DNA from: Psilocybe cubensis
Taxonomy: Eukaryota
NCBI GenBank assembly: GCA_017499595.2
Contig: CM039001.1
Span: forward strand, 1,178,001-1,242,000
Direction: 5' to 3'
Length of the DNA stretch: 64,000 nt
Made by a program: the position numbers and the translations under genes. The notes under the pieces are model-generated. The model made no database searches. It was given only the letters and a program-made list of their open reading frames with translations, and was not told the origin of the DNA. Below are positions 63,732-64,000 of the stretch, one piece after another (position 1 is the first letter of the stretch; each line of letters starts with the position of its first letter).

Positions 63732-64000
63732 ATGCCCAGACGTTCGCACTCTAGGTCTCCGCGCAGACACCGTGACGTGGAACCGCGCAATGACCGAGAA
63801 ACACACTCATCTAATCGCGACCACAAATCAAAAGACGAGGAGCGGAGGTCAAGGGCCAGAAGTCGGAGTAGAAGTAGGGACAGAGACAGAGAATCTCGTC
63901 ACCACAAACGGGACCGAAGCAGGAGTAGGGATGGAGAGCATAAAGAAAAAAAGTAAGTGTGCTTTTACTTCTATTTAATGAATGGAGTCTCAAGCCATTT
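63732..64000 (+). CDS. First exon of an RS-rich (probably splicing-related) protein; runs off the window end
   Basis: 'MPRRSHSRSPRR...RSRSRSRDRDR' ending at a gtaagt donor near 63953. Confidence 0.6.

Noticed and set aside
1..64000. Functional cluster of RNA-processing and proteostasis genes
   Set aside because: These categories are common in any housekeeping region; nothing shows co-regulation

Overview
Gene-dense, intron-rich eukaryotic DNA. The ~50-60 nt GT-AG introns, microexons and gene families point to a basidiomycete fungus, probably an agaricomycete mushroom (inference). About 25 protein-coding genes, in order: Prp5 helicase (partial), PI31, a small acidic-tailed protein resembling Gdown1/POLR2M, an ankyrin-DysF-FYVE-RING E3 ligase, a ferric reductase, kynurenine aminotransferase, a Slh1/ASCC3-type helicase with a degenerate and truncated second cassette, SCOT, an OYE-family flavin oxidoreductase, a WTAP/Mum2-like protein, a Pro-rich orphan, glutaminase GtaA, a GH18 chitinase, a WG/GW-repeat protein, a TM/coiled-coil orphan, a large GAR(GAS2)-domain protein, a C2H2 zinc-finger factor, a Cyc2/cytochrome b5 reductase-like protein, dihydroorotase, kinesin-8, a cytochrome P450, p24/Emp24, ClpX, RanBP1 and the start of an RS-rich gene. 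No RNA genes, CRISPR arrays, intact transposons or biosynthetic gene cluster were recognised. The best leads are candidate remote homologues of gene-expression regulators (Gdown1-like, WTAP-like, an Argonaute-hook-like WG protein), unusual domain architectures, a GC-rich microsatellite-rich island at ~26-32 kb and a CpG-depleted intergenic relic. CDS coordinates span start to stop including introns and were spliced by eye. Homology calls come from remembered family motifs, not database searches.
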